This document shows, piece by piece, positions 12,410 to 22,266 of a DNA stretch of 64,000 nucleotides. The number at the start of each line of letters is the position of its first letter. Position 1 is the first letter of the stretch. Position numbers and translations under genes: made by a program. The stretch spans positions 1,280,001-1,344,000 of the forward strand of contig OZ220741.1 of assembly GCA_965116885.1 (NCBI GenBank). The letters are read 5' to 3'. The notes beneath the pieces were generated by a model, which was given only the letters and a program-made list of their open reading frames with translations, was not told where the DNA came from and made no database searches. The stretch comes from Candidatus Latescibacterota bacterium (GTDB taxonomy: Bacteria; Latescibacterota; UBA2968).

Positions 12410-13381
12410 ATGGCAATAAAAATGGTATTGCAGCGGGCGTTGGAAGATGAATACATGCAACAGATCCGCGACCTGGGTGTGGAAACAGTCGTGGTGAAGT
12501 CCGAAGAAGACATCTTGTCGGAAATTGGCGATGCAGATGCGTATTTTGGCGGTATGTCCCCGCAAATTTTGAAAGCGGCGAAAAAACTGCGGTGGGTGCA
12601 GGCGACGAGCGCCGGACTGGATGGATATTATTTTCCAGAACTGCGAGAAAGCGATTTGACGGTAACGAATATCCGCGGAATATACAGCGATGTGATTGCC
12701 GATCATGTATTTTCAATGGTCATGGCATTTGCCCGCGGATTGCATCACTATATTCTCAAACAGTCAGAGGGAAAATGGGAAAAAGGCGCACCGGTTATCC
12801 ATCTTGCGGGAACGACATTGGGCGTCGTCGGTTTGGGAGGCATTGGTCTGGCTGTTGCCGAGCGAGGCCCGACATTTGGCATGCGCGTGCTGGGGATGGA
12901 TCCAGCACCAAAGGGAAAACCCGATTTTATCGCGCGTATTTATTCCCCAGATGAACTTTCGGATATGGTCGGAGAGTCGGATTTTGTGGTAATTTGCGTA
13001 CCGCATACAGCACAGACCGAAGGGTTATTCGACACGGATATGTTTCGCGCAATGAAAAATACGGGCATTCTGATCAATATCGGCCGCGGCAAGGTAGTCC
13101 AATTGCACGCACTGACCAGCGCATTGCAATCCGGGCAAATCGGTGGGGCAGGCCTCGATGTCTATGAAGAGGAACCGCTGCCGCAAGATCACGCCCTGTG
13201 GTCCATGGAAAATGTAATTCTGACGCCGCATGTGGCTGGTGTTTCGCCCGAAATTGACAAGCGCAGAAAGGCATTAATCGTGGAAAATGTGCGTCGATTC
13301 TGCGCGGGAGAACCCCTGTTAAATGTAGTAGATAATCAGAAGGGGTATGTCGTAGATGCGACATCGATTTGGAATACCTGA
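12410..13381 (+). CDS. D-2-hydroxyacid dehydrogenase
   Basis: GLGGIG, INIGRG, LDVYEEEP, LTPHVAG. Confidence 0.92.
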   Translation: MAIKMVLQRALEDEYMQQIRDLGVETVVVKSEEDILSEIGDADAYFGGMSPQILKAAKKLRWVQATSAGLDGYYFPELRESDLTVTNIRGIYSDVIADHVFSMVMAFARGLHHYILKQSEGKWEKGAPVIHLAGTTLGVVGLGGIGLAVAERGPTFGMRVLGMDPAPKGKPDFIARIYSPDELSDMVGESDFVVICVPHTAQTEGLFDTDMFRAMKNTGILINIGRGKVVQLHALTSALQSGQIGGAGLDVYEEEPLPQDHALWSMENVILTPHVAGVSPEIDKRRKALIVENVRRFCAGEPLLNVVDNQKGYVVDATSIWNT

Positions 13382-13396
13382 ATAAAGGAGAAAAAA

Positions 13397-14404
13397 ATGG
13401 CAAATTTTAAAGCTGGTGTTATTGGTTGTGGAGGTCGTGGAAAAGCGCACGCACGCGGATGGACCGCGTCGGACGACGTCGCGATAGTAGCGTGTGCCGA
13501 TCCGTTTGAGGATCCGCGTTCGGCGTACATGGCGGAATTTGGTGTTGAAAATGGCTACGAAGACTATCGCGACATGCTGGAGAAGGAAGACCTGGACTTT
13601 GTAAGTGTGTGTACCTGGACCGGATTGCATCACGACATGATTGTAGATGCGGCGGGCAGTGGGATTCAGGCGATTCACGCAGAAAAGCCCATGGCACCGA
13701 CCTGGGGAGAAGCAAAATCGCTGTATCAGGCCTGCGTGGATAACAACGTGGTCATTACATTTTGTCATCAGAGGCGGTTTGCCGGACAATTTATAAAGGC
13801 AAAGGAGATTGCAAAATCTGGCGCCATTGGCGAACTGCGGCGTTTTGAGGGCAATTGCCCAAACATGTTCGATTGGGGCACGCACTGGTTCGATATGTTT
13901 TTCTTTTACAATGACGATGAACCCGCCGAGTGGGTAATCGGGCAAATTGACGCAGAAGGTGGACGCGAGGTTTTTGGGACCCCGGTGGAAGGCAGCGGGA
14001 TTTCCTGGATTCGGTATCAAAATGGGCGCGAGGGGTTGTTGGTAACAGGTATTACCAGGATGCAGGGCGTTGCGAATCGGTTGGTCGGGAGCGAAGGGTT
14101 CATTGAAATTGGGGGCCGCGATGCTCGCCCACTCCGCGTTGTATCGGGCACCCAGGAGGTAGATGTGGATCTCAGCGGCATGGTGAGTCAGCGCGATGCG
14201 ACAACCGTTGCCGTGCTGGACCTCGTCGATGCCGTGAAAAACGGACGCGAACCCGAACTTTCAGGGCGCAAAGCACTGCAAGCAACAGAATTGATTTTTG
14301 CAACTTATGAATCGAGCCGTCGTCGGGGCAGAGTTGTACTACCTCTAAACGTGGATGATTCGGCACTGTTGAGCATGCTGGAAGATGGTACGGTCAAACT
14401 ATGA
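13397..14404 (+). CDS. Gfo/Idh/MocA family oxidoreductase
   Basis: GVIGCG, EKPMA, DWGTHWFD. Confidence 0.9.
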   Translation: MANFKAGVIGCGGRGKAHARGWTASDDVAIVACADPFEDPRSAYMAEFGVENGYEDYRDMLEKEDLDFVSVCTWTGLHHDMIVDAAGSGIQAIHAEKPMAPTWGEAKSLYQACVDNNVVITFCHQRRFAGQFIKAKEIAKSGAIGELRRFEGNCPNMFDWGTHWFDMFFFYNDDEPAEWVIGQIDAEGGREVFGTPVEGSGISWIRYQNGREGLLVTGITRMQGVANRLVGSEGFIEIGGRDARPLRVVSGTQEVDVDLSGMVSQRDATTVAVLDLVDAVKNGREPELSGRKALQATELIFATYESSRRRGRVVLPLNVDDSALLSMLEDGTVKL

Positions 14405-15489
14405 AACACGTAACCGTGTACCGAGAAACGGAGCGGTTTGCGGGTTGGCCCGCAAATTACGGGGTGTGGTCCTGGGGTGACGAGATCGCACTGGGATTTA
14501 CGCTGGGATATACAGATCTCCAGGGCGGTTTTCACGCGCGAGACAAAGAGCGTCCATTTGTAAACATGCAGGCCCGGAGCATGGATGGCGGCGAAACCTG
14601 GAAAGTAATACCCATGCCGTGTAAAACCCCGGGAAATCGCGGATTATCAGCCGACGAACACATGAATGAGGGATTGCGCGTAGGTGAAGCTCTGGACGGT
14701 GAACACGGGCCGACGGATTGTCCGGGCAATGTGGATTTTTCGCATCCCGACTTCGCATTGATGTGCGCCAAGACGGGCCTGGGTCCGGGAGTCTGTTCCT
14801 TCTGGTACTATTCACAGGACCGATGCCAGTCGTGGAACGGGCCTTTCTATCTCCCAATGTGGGGACAGACCGGGATTGCTGCGCGAACGGATTATCTGGT
14901 GGATAGCGCGGATCAATGTACGCTGTTTCTAACGGCGAATAAGCGCAATGGACTGGAAGGCCGCGTATTTGCTGCGCGGTCTTATGATGGTGGGCACAAA
15001 TTTGGTTTTCTATCGTGGCTGAGTGAGGAGCCTGCGGGTTTTCAGATCATGCCAGCGAGCTTGCGTCTAAGTGACGGAAGTATTCTCGTCGCTGTGCGCT
15101 GCACGGAGCGCGGAGAATTTACAGCGTCTAAACACTGGATTGATACGTATTTATCCGAAGATGATGGGCTGACCTGGGTACATGTCGGTCGTCCCGTACC
15201 GGCTTCTGGTCAGGGGGGGAACCCGCCGACATTGACGCTTCTGAAGGATGGGCGGATCGTTCTAACTTACGGTTATCGCGCAGCACCTTATGGTATTCGC
15301 GCGAGGATCAGTGATACGACCGGAACCAATTGGAGCGAGGAAATCGTCTTGCGCGACGACGGAGGCAATGCGGATATCGGGTATCCGCGCACCGTTTTAA
15401 GGCCCGATGGATCACTTGTAACAGCCTATTATTATAACGATACGCCAGAAGGCGAACGCTATATCGGCGCGACCATCTGGAAACCCTGA
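14401..15489 (+). CDS. BNR/Asp-box sialidase-like protein
   Basis: Asp boxes SMDGGETW, SYDGG, SEDDGLTW and C-terminal DIGYP. Confidence 0.8.
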   Translation: MKHVTVYRETERFAGWPANYGVWSWGDEIALGFTLGYTDLQGGFHARDKERPFVNMQARSMDGGETWKVIPMPCKTPGNRGLSADEHMNEGLRVGEALDGEHGPTDCPGNVDFSHPDFALMCAKTGLGPGVCSFWYYSQDRCQSWNGPFYLPMWGQTGIAARTDYLVDSADQCTLFLTANKRNGLEGRVFAARSYDGGHKFGFLSWLSEEPAGFQIMPASLRLSDGSILVAVRCTERGEFTASKHWIDTYLSEDDGLTWVHVGRPVPASGQGGNPPTLTLLKDGRIVLTYGYRAAPYGIRARISDTTGTNWSEEIVLRDDGGNADIGYPRTVLRPDGSLVTAYYYNDTPEGERYIGATIWKP

Positions 15490-15491
15490 AC

Positions 15492-16850
15492 TTACGCTTC
15501 CCAGACGTTTACACCTTCACTGTCAAACGCCGGGAGCAGGACAAAGTGATCCTCTGTCTCAATCATGCGCTCGCACAGCAAGCGATGATGGTGCGCGACC
15601 TGGTCGCGGTAATTGGGATCATCCACCAGATTATTCATTTCTCCGGGATCGTTTTTCAGGTCAAAAAATTGCCAGGGCCTGCCGCCCATGTTGTTCCCCT
15701 TCACGGTATATTTGTAATCCCGCGTGCGAAATCCCCGCCAGACTTCATCAAAAAATGGTGGCCGTTCTCGCAGCTCCGCAACAAATTCGAGCAAAACACC
15801 CTCGCGATCAAGCGCATTGACATCCCCGTGAATGAGGGGCGTTAAGTTCGTCCCCTGCACCTTGTTTTTGGGAACCAATCCCGCCAGACCCAGTAGCGTT
15901 GGAAACAAATCTTCGGTACACGTCGGATCTTTAATCACCGTTCCCGCGCGTTCTCCTACACGAGGGTCCCACACCATGAGCGGAATCCCCACAGATTCTT
16001 CATAGGGCCACTGCTTCGCACGCAAACCGTGTGCGCCCGCCAATTCGCCGTGATCGGATAAAAAGACCACGACTGTATCATCCAATAATCCCTCTGCTTT
16101 GAGAAAATCCATCATATTTCCGACATTGGCATCCAGATTCTCAACCATGGCATTGTAGCGCTTGCGATTGAGAATAAAATTTTCGCGCTCCGCAGGGTCT
16201 GTCACATTAAAATTTTCGGGTAGTACAATATCTCTCGCTTCCCAGGCGGATTGCACATCTTTGGGAGCTACAAAAGGATCGTGAGGGGGTTCCACGGAAA
16301 TGACCATACAGAAGGGGCGATCATCCGTGCGGTCTTTTATATAGTCCATACTAATTTGAAACAAGCCATCGGTCTGATACCCTTCAATTTTTTTCGGCGT
16401 GGGATTGTCGTCCTCAAAATAACAGGTATCAAAGGGATCATTGCGCAGTTCAAACCCGTACCATTTTTGCCACCGCCCCTGGCGAGAACGCGGCACCCGC
16501 GTGCGGTTGACCTGCACAGCAGATCCCAACCGCCCGTGCCCGCCATCGAGATGCCATTTGCCCACATAAATGGTTTCATACCCCGCTTCATTAAACTCAT
16601 CTGCCAGCGTGCGCTCTTCAGTGGACATTGCGTATTCAATGCCCGGAACTTTGCGGACATGGGCATATTCGCCAGTCATTAGTGTAAATCGAAAAGGCAC
16701 GCAGATCGGATACGTGGAGCACGCATTGTCAAATCGAACCCCCTGTTGTGCAAAGGCATCCAGATGCGGTGTGCGCGCATCCGGATCACCGTGAATTCCG
16801 AGAGCCTGTCGGCGCAACTGGTCACTCAATAAAACGATCAGGTTTGGCAT
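15492..16850 (-). CDS. Sulfatase
   Basis: SDQLR, CVPFR, GKWHL, PPHDP, SDHG, YEESVGIP; start set at ATG 16850 behind GGAGCGG. Confidence 0.9.
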   Translation of the reverse strand: MPNLIVLLSDQLRRQALGIHGDPDARTPHLDAFAQQGVRFDNACSTYPICVPFRFTLMTGEYAHVRKVPGIEYAMSTEERTLADEFNEAGYETIYVGKWHLDGGHGRLGSAVQVNRTRVPRSRQGRWQKWYGFELRNDPFDTCYFEDDNPTPKKIEGYQTDGLFQISMDYIKDRTDDRPFCMVISVEPPHDPFVAPKDVQSAWEARDIVLPENFNVTDPAERENFILNRKRYNAMVENLDANVGNMMDFLKAEGLLDDTVVVFLSDHGELAGAHGLRAKQWPYEESVGIPLMVWDPRVGERAGTVIKDPTCTEDLFPTLLGLAGLVPKNKVQGTNLTPLIHGDVNALDREGVLLEFVAELRERPPFFDEVWRGFRTRDYKYTVKGNNMGGRPWQFFDLKNDPGEMNNLVDDPNYRDQVAHHHRLLCERMIETEDHFVLLPAFDSEGVNVWEA

Positions 16851-16882
16851 AATCCGCTCCATTTATACATGAAAATTTATCC

Positions 16883-17509
16883 CTATAATTCAAGTGCCCG
16901 CCACATGTACCAGCTTCCCACTGAGCGATAAGGTCTCCACCGCTCGCAATAGACCACCATTTCCTTCTCTGCTGGCAACTCGTCCAACCCATAAGTAAGC
17001 ATAAATCCTTTGCGTACCCCCAGATCTTTTGTCGGGAGTACATCTGGCCTACCGAGATGAAACATCAGAAGCATTTGAACAGTCCACTCTCCAATGCCCC
17101 GCACTTGTGTGAGATTTTCTACAATATCGGCATCCGACATTTCCCGAAGGCGTGAACCCGGGGGAATTACCCCATCCATAGTTTTTTGTGCGAGATCATT
17201 TACTGCGGCTACTTTTGCCCGGGACATGCCCGCATTGCGAAGCACCTGGTCATCCATCGCAAGTACTTGATTTGGGTTGATCTTTCCCCCAGAAAACAGG
17301 GCACGCACCCGTTTGTGAATCGCGGCAGCTGCTTTTCCTGAGAGTTGTTGATAGATAATCGACCGCAGAAGCGCATCAAAAGGGTTTACTTGTTCTGGTA
17401 AATCAAGGGTTATTGGCCCTGCCTGCTCAATTAATCGACCGAGTGTGCGATCATTTTTGCCCAATACACGCATTGCTTTTTGAGAATCATAACTCTGCAC
17501 CTCTATCAT
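16883..17509 (-). CDS. DNA-3-methyladenine glycosylase II (AlkA/HhH-GPD family)
   Basis: IIYQQLSGKAA, HhH motif VRGIGEWT, DVLPTKDLGVRK, WRPYRS; start uncertain. Confidence 0.9.
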   Translation of the reverse strand: MIEVQSYDSQKAMRVLGKNDRTLGRLIEQAGPITLDLPEQVNPFDALLRSIIYQQLSGKAAAAIHKRVRALFSGGKINPNQVLAMDDQVLRNAGMSRAKVAAVNDLAQKTMDGVIPPGSRLREMSDADIVENLTQVRGIGEWTVQMLLMFHLGRPDVLPTKDLGVRKGFMLTYGLDELPAEKEMVVYCERWRPYRSVGSWYMWRALEL

Positions 17510-17630
17510 CTCCTGTAAATAATTGTTGAGATAGCCTACCTGACGACATAGAACAATAATAAACATATTTACAAAAAAATAGAAAATTCTCCGTCAACCT
17601 GATATACCTATCAACAGCAGATTTCCCCAA

Positions 17631-17990
17631 TGTGGATAACTCAATTCCCTCACCGTTAAATAAAAAAATTAAAACTCATTGATTTTTAAAGAGAAAGATG
17701 GCCTGTGCACAGATCTGTGCACAAGTTTTGGGATGTGGAAAAGAATCTGGATATATTGTGGATTATTTGTGTAAAAAAGATATCCACATGCTCAAGTGTG
17801 GAAAACCACACTATTTTTCCACACTTTTTGCACACAGAAATACACAATGTCAAATTGGCAGAATTTTTTTATCCCCCTGTTTTCCCGCGGGTTGTTCTTT
17901 TTTTTTCACATTTTCCACAGAATTCACAGTGTTATTATTATTATCGTATATTACAGCCTATATTTTTATTCTATTAAAAATATAAACAGA
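17631..17990. other. Probable chromosomal replication origin (oriC)
   Basis: Perfect DnaA box TGTGGATAA 17631-17639; further boxes at 17734, 17757, 17780, 17797, 17815, 17911; tandem boxes 17911-17928 then TTATTATTATTAT (DnaA-trio-like, 17932-17944) and an AT-rich tract; adjacent to dnaA. Confidence 0.85.
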
Positions 17991-18040
17991 AATTGTGAGT
18001 AAATCACGACCTGGACATCTAAAACAGGAATATAATGAAT

Positions 18041-18075
18041 AAAAATAAACCCCAGACGCTCATAGAGATCTGGGG
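18041..18075 (-). terminator. Probable dnaA terminator
   Basis: CCCCAGA/TCTGGGG stem preceded by an A-rich run on the + strand. Confidence 0.55.
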
Positions 18076-18122
18076 CATATATTTAAATTTATAGGCTTAT
18101 GCCATTACTCGGCTATTACTCC

Positions 18123-19505
18123 TTAACTTACGATATGATCTTGTAGTTCACTGACAAGATGTTCAAATTCTGGATCTGATGATATTTTGTTCTCGACGCT
18201 CCGACAAGCGTGAATAACTGTGCTGTGATCCCGATTTCCAAATTGTACACCAATGGTTTTAAGTGGAGCACCTGTAAGAGATTTGCTCAAATACATGCTC
18301 ACATGCCGGGCTGTTGCCACATCTTGCTTTCGAGTCGCACCAATCAGTTTATCTAAAGGTATTTCAAAAAAGTGAGCCGCAGCTTTTTGAATGCTCTCAA
18401 TAGTAACAGTTGGTTTGGTCTTTTGCGGCGGGCTTAGAAGAGTCTTTCGCGCTGTTTCAATCGTAAGTGGATAGCGTTGTAATTTAGTAAAGGCCACCAG
18501 GCGTTTTAATGCACCTTCAAGCTCGCGGATGTTGGTATGGATCTGTTCAGCTAAGAAACTGGCAATTTCGTGAGACAATGAAATACCCATTTCTTCTGCT
18601 TTCCGCATTAAAATTGCCACGCGCGTGGAAAGGTCCGGTGCTTCAATATTTGTAACCAGACCCCATTGAAATCGAGAAATCAACCGATCTTCAAACCCTT
18701 TGAGATGAGATGGCGGGCGATCGGAACTGATGATGATCTGTTTATCCGCTTGAAATAGGGCATTAAATGTATGGATAAACTCTCTTTGGCAACCTTCGGT
18801 TTTCACATAATACTGGATGTCATCAACCAGCAACACATCCGCCTGACGATAGATTTGATAGAAATTAGAGATTGTTCCGCGATTGACTCCTTCTAAATAG
18901 TCCGTGAGAAACTGTTGTGCAGTAACATAAACCACCCGTTGAGCTGTCCCCATTTCGATACAGTATGCACCAATAGCCTGTAGCAGGTGGGTTTTTCCCA
19001 ATCCAACACCGCTATAAAGGACAAGGGGATTAAAAGCTGTTTGTCCAGGCGACTCTGCTGTGGCTTTTGCAGCGGAAAACGACACTTCATTGCTTTCGCC
19101 AACAACAAAATTGTCAAACCGATACCGTGGGTTGAGTGGAAATACGGGTTGGACAGGTCCAGGCTGAAGAGAAGGTCCAGCAGATACAGGATCAAGAGAT
19201 GTTTCCTCCATGAATTCGGGACCCTGTGTCACGGGAAGTGCCATTTGTTGATGAGTATCACCAACGGCAAAACTTATGCGTGGATTCCAGGTAAAAACTT
19301 CCTGGATGGTCGTTTTGATCAACCCGATATAATTTTGTTCTAACCAATCGGCATAAATTCTCTCGGGCACCACCAGAATAGCTTCTTCGGAGGTAAATTG
19401 CCGCGCCGTAATTGGAGCGAACCAGGTTTCAAAACTTTGAACCTGTATTTTTTCCTGGATGGCGTGGAGACACCGGTTCCATAAGTTAGAAGAGCGTTCA
19501 TCCAT
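18123..19505 (-). CDS. dnaA: Chromosomal replication initiator DnaA
   Basis: LNPRYRFDNFVVG, Walker A GVGLGKTHL, LLVDDIQ, NIRELEGAL, RDHSTVIHA. Confidence 0.97.
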   Translation of the reverse strand: MDERSSNLWNRCLHAIQEKIQVQSFETWFAPITARQFTSEEAILVVPERIYADWLEQNYIGLIKTTIQEVFTWNPRISFAVGDTHQQMALPVTQGPEFMEETSLDPVSAGPSLQPGPVQPVFPLNPRYRFDNFVVGESNEVSFSAAKATAESPGQTAFNPLVLYSGVGLGKTHLLQAIGAYCIEMGTAQRVVYVTAQQFLTDYLEGVNRGTISNFYQIYRQADVLLVDDIQYYVKTEGCQREFIHTFNALFQADKQIIISSDRPPSHLKGFEDRLISRFQWGLVTNIEAPDLSTRVAILMRKAEEMGISLSHEIASFLAEQIHTNIRELEGALKRLVAFTKLQRYPLTIETARKTLLSPPQKTKPTVTIESIQKAAAHFFEIPLDKLIGATRKQDVATARHVSMYLSKSLTGAPLKTIGVQFGNRDHSTVIHACRSVENKISSDPEFEHLVSELQDHIVS

Positions 19506-19870
19506 AGTGCGAATATCCGTCTATGGCTCGCAAACACGCGCCAACTAAGGGAAATACCATGAGAATGGTTAAAGCGTTGGAAACCGTTGTCTGAGGAATC
19601 CGAATATAAGGGAGGTTGATTTCGGTTCAGAACCCGAAGGCTCTCAATTGAGGGGGGAAATTGAAAGTATTCTGAAATTTTGAAATCGAAATATTTCGGT
19701 TATTCTTAACAGCAGACTACGGTGGGGGAATCCACTTCAAAAGTGAATTTCAAAAGATTCTGAAAGCTAATCGAAAACTAAGCAATGAAATAAATGGTGT
19801 CAAGAGTGTTTTGATGGAAGACAAATAATAATAAACATTTGAAAAATAGTAAAATAATAGTAAAAAGTCA

Positions 19871-19905
19871 ATATATAGTGTACAAAAAAAGTGTACACTA
19901 TATAT
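19871..19905. promoter_or_regulatory. Perfect 14-bp inverted repeat in the dnaA/rpmH divergent promoter region
   Basis: ATATATAGTGTACA-N7-TGTACACTATATAT. Confidence 0.55.
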
Positions 19906-20030
19906 AGTAGTGTAACCAGAGGACTGTCCTATCAAAATGAAATCCCTTGACAAAGCAGATATGCACCTCTATATTCCAAACTCTCTGTCGATATAGATAA
20001 TTGAAATTTTTGTAGATACGGAGTAGTTTG

Positions 20031-20165
20031 ATGAAACGCACGTTTCAACCACATAATCGCAAGCGCAAAAATAAACACGGTTTTCGCGCTCGCATGAGTT
20101 CTCCCGGTGGTCGCCATGTGCTGAATAGACGGCGCCGAAAGGGTCGCAGGCAGCTATCGCACTGA
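20031..20165 (+). CDS. rpmH: 50S ribosomal protein L34 (not in ORF track)
   Basis: Manual translation [44 protein letters not shown]. Confidence 0.97.
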   Translation: MKRTFQPHNRKRKNKHGFRARMSSPGGRHVLNRRRRKGRRQLSH

Positions 20166-20179
20166 TATGTAGGTGTGTT

Positions 20180-20509
20180 ATGGGAACACCCAACCTACGC
20201 ATTCGACGCGAAATTGCGAAAATTCGACAGCACGGTCAAATTTTTCGTGGGCGTTGGGTTCATGTTCGGATTGGTACTTCCGAGATGGATCTAACGCTCA
20301 TTTCAATTCGGAAAAAATTTGGAAACGCAGTTCGGCGCAATCGCATCCGCCGACAAGTACGAGCAATATGTTCCGAACTAATACCTTCAGGTCATCCTCA
20401 CTGTCTGATGAGTATCTCTATAGGAGATCACGCTTCCGGTGTCTCTTATGGCCAACTCCGTCTTGAACTACACCTCGCATTTCAAAAACTCGGTCTTATC
20501 GACCCCTGA
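20180..20509 (+). CDS. rnpA: Ribonuclease P protein component
   Basis: KKFGNAVRRNRIRR RNR motif; follows rpmH. Confidence 0.9.
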   Translation: MGTPNLRIRREIAKIRQHGQIFRGRWVHVRIGTSEMDLTLISIRKKFGNAVRRNRIRRQVRAICSELIPSGHPHCLMSISIGDHASGVSYGQLRLELHLAFQKLGLIDP

Positions 20510-20562
20510 TTCGTTTTTGCAATCCCTTCCTTTATTATTCTCTGTTTAGAAAGACTGAATTT

Positions 20563-22254
20563 ATGGATAGACGTACGGTATTTGCCTTTGCCTTAATCGG
20601 CCTGATCTTGATACTGATGCCGTATTACATGCAATTCTTTCAAGGTGACACACCTCCTGTAGAAAAATCCGCTCCTCGCCAGATTGAGCCACCGCAGATT
20701 ACTGATACATCTCCCGAACCTCGACCCGCACAACAATCCGAACCTCAACCACCTCCTATCCAGGACAAAAGCCCAGCCTCTACATCGACGTTTCTGGAAC
20801 GTGATATTGTCATAGATGCGGAACTCTACCGCGCTGTCATCTCCACGCGCGGTGGCGTGATTACCAGTTGGCAGCTCAAGAGCTATTTTGATGACAAAGG
20901 CAATTGGCTGGAATTGATCCCACCAAACGGTGCTGGACTTGGTGCTACTGTTGCGAGTGAGTCCCTAAATGGTCTCGAATTTACTCCTGATCGCGATCGC
21001 CTTGACATTTATGGTGATACGCAAGATCTGATCGTGTTTCGTGCTCAATCTCCGCGTGGTCCAGTCGAGAAACGTTTCCGATTTCAGGGAAACCGGTATC
21101 GCATTCACGTTTCCGTCATAGCTGAAAGTCTTGCTCGAGATGATAAATTAGGGATAACATGGGATGGAAGTCTCGCTGACACAGAAAATAAGCGCGGGAC
21201 TTCAGAGAGTTTTTACGAAGGTGTTTACGAACAAATCGTTACCTACATGGGAGGGGAAGTTGAAACATGGGATACAGACCGCCTTCAAGATAAAGAGACG
21301 CCGCCAAGTGGTCAACTGACCTGGATCGGCGTGAGAAATAAATACTTTCTCGCCGCGGTTATCCCCAATGAAGGTCGTTATGACCTTGATCTTTACGGTG
21401 ATAATAAGATTGATCCATTTGGCTTTTCTTATCGCGAATTTGCTTTTGATATGTATGCTGATTCTGGACTTAATACTATCAATTACTCCGCGTATATTGG
21501 TCCAATTTCCTATGACATTTTACGTGCTCAAAATCGCGATCTCGATGGACTTGAACGAGAACTGGACCTCGATGACTTTGTCGATTACGGCCCTTATTTT
21601 GTCCGCTCTATTCTCAAGCCAGTTACGATTTTAATTCTTAAAGCCTTTCTCGCCATGCACGCTCTGGTTCCCAATTACGGCGTGGTCATAATCCTTTTTT
21701 CTATCCTCGTCAAGGTCGTTGTTTTCCCACTTACGCACAAGAGTCTCGAATCCACTGCCAAGATGCAGACGCTCCAGCCCAAAATTACCGAACTTCGCGA
21801 GCGTTATGCCAACGACCAGAAGAAGATGAACGAGGCCATGATGAGACTCTATCGGGAAGAGAAGATCAATCCCATCGGTGGATGCCTACCCATGCTCTTA
21901 CAGATGCCGATACTGTTTTCTCTTTTTTCTCTGTTTCGCGGGACTATTGAACTCCGACAAGCTGGGTTCGCTTTCTGGATTACCGACCTTTCCCAACCAG
22001 ATACCATCCCCATTGGTGGTTTTGACCTGCACCTCTTGCCTCTTTTAATGGGGATATCGATGTTCATTCAGCAAAAGATGATGATGAAAGATCCCAAACA
22101 GGCTATTCTCGTCTATATCATGCCCATCTTTCTCACCTATATTTTCTGGAGTATGTCCTCTGGCCTCGTCTTTTATTATACACTCTACAATGTGCTGACC
22201 CTCGCCCAGCAGATCATCATGGAAAAAACCAAATCGATGTTGGGCACGTCCTGA
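20563..22254 (+). CDS. yidC: Membrane protein insertase YidC
   Basis: N-terminal TM, periplasmic domain, NYGVVII, GGCLPMLLQMP, WITDLSQPD. Confidence 0.95.
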   Translation: MDRRTVFAFALIGLILILMPYYMQFFQGDTPPVEKSAPRQIEPPQITDTSPEPRPAQQSEPQPPPIQDKSPASTSTFLERDIVIDAELYRAVISTRGGVITSWQLKSYFDDKGNWLELIPPNGAGLGATVASESLNGLEFTPDRDRLDIYGDTQDLIVFRAQSPRGPVEKRFRFQGNRYRIHVSVIAESLARDDKLGITWDGSLADTENKRGTSESFYEGVYEQIVTYMGGEVETWDTDRLQDKETPPSGQLTWIGVRNKYFLAAVIPNEGRYDLDLYGDNKIDPFGFSYREFAFDMYADSGLNTINYSAYIGPISYDILRAQNRDLDGLERELDLDDFVDYGPYFVRSILKPVTILILKAFLAMHALVPNYGVVIILFSILVKVVVFPLTHKSLESTAKMQTLQPKITELRERYANDQKKMNEAMMRLYREEKINPIGGCLPMLLQMPILFSLFSLFRGTIELRQAGFAFWITDLSQPDTIPIGGFDLHLLPLLMGISMFIQQKMMMKDPKQAILVYIMPIFLTYIFWSMSSGLVFYYTLYNVLTLAQQIIMEKTKSMLGTS

Positions 22255-22266
22255 CAGGTTATTTCT

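Noticed and set aside
17698..18002. Three short overlapping ORFs in the ORF track
   Set aside because: Low-complexity translations of the AT-rich DnaA-box origin region.
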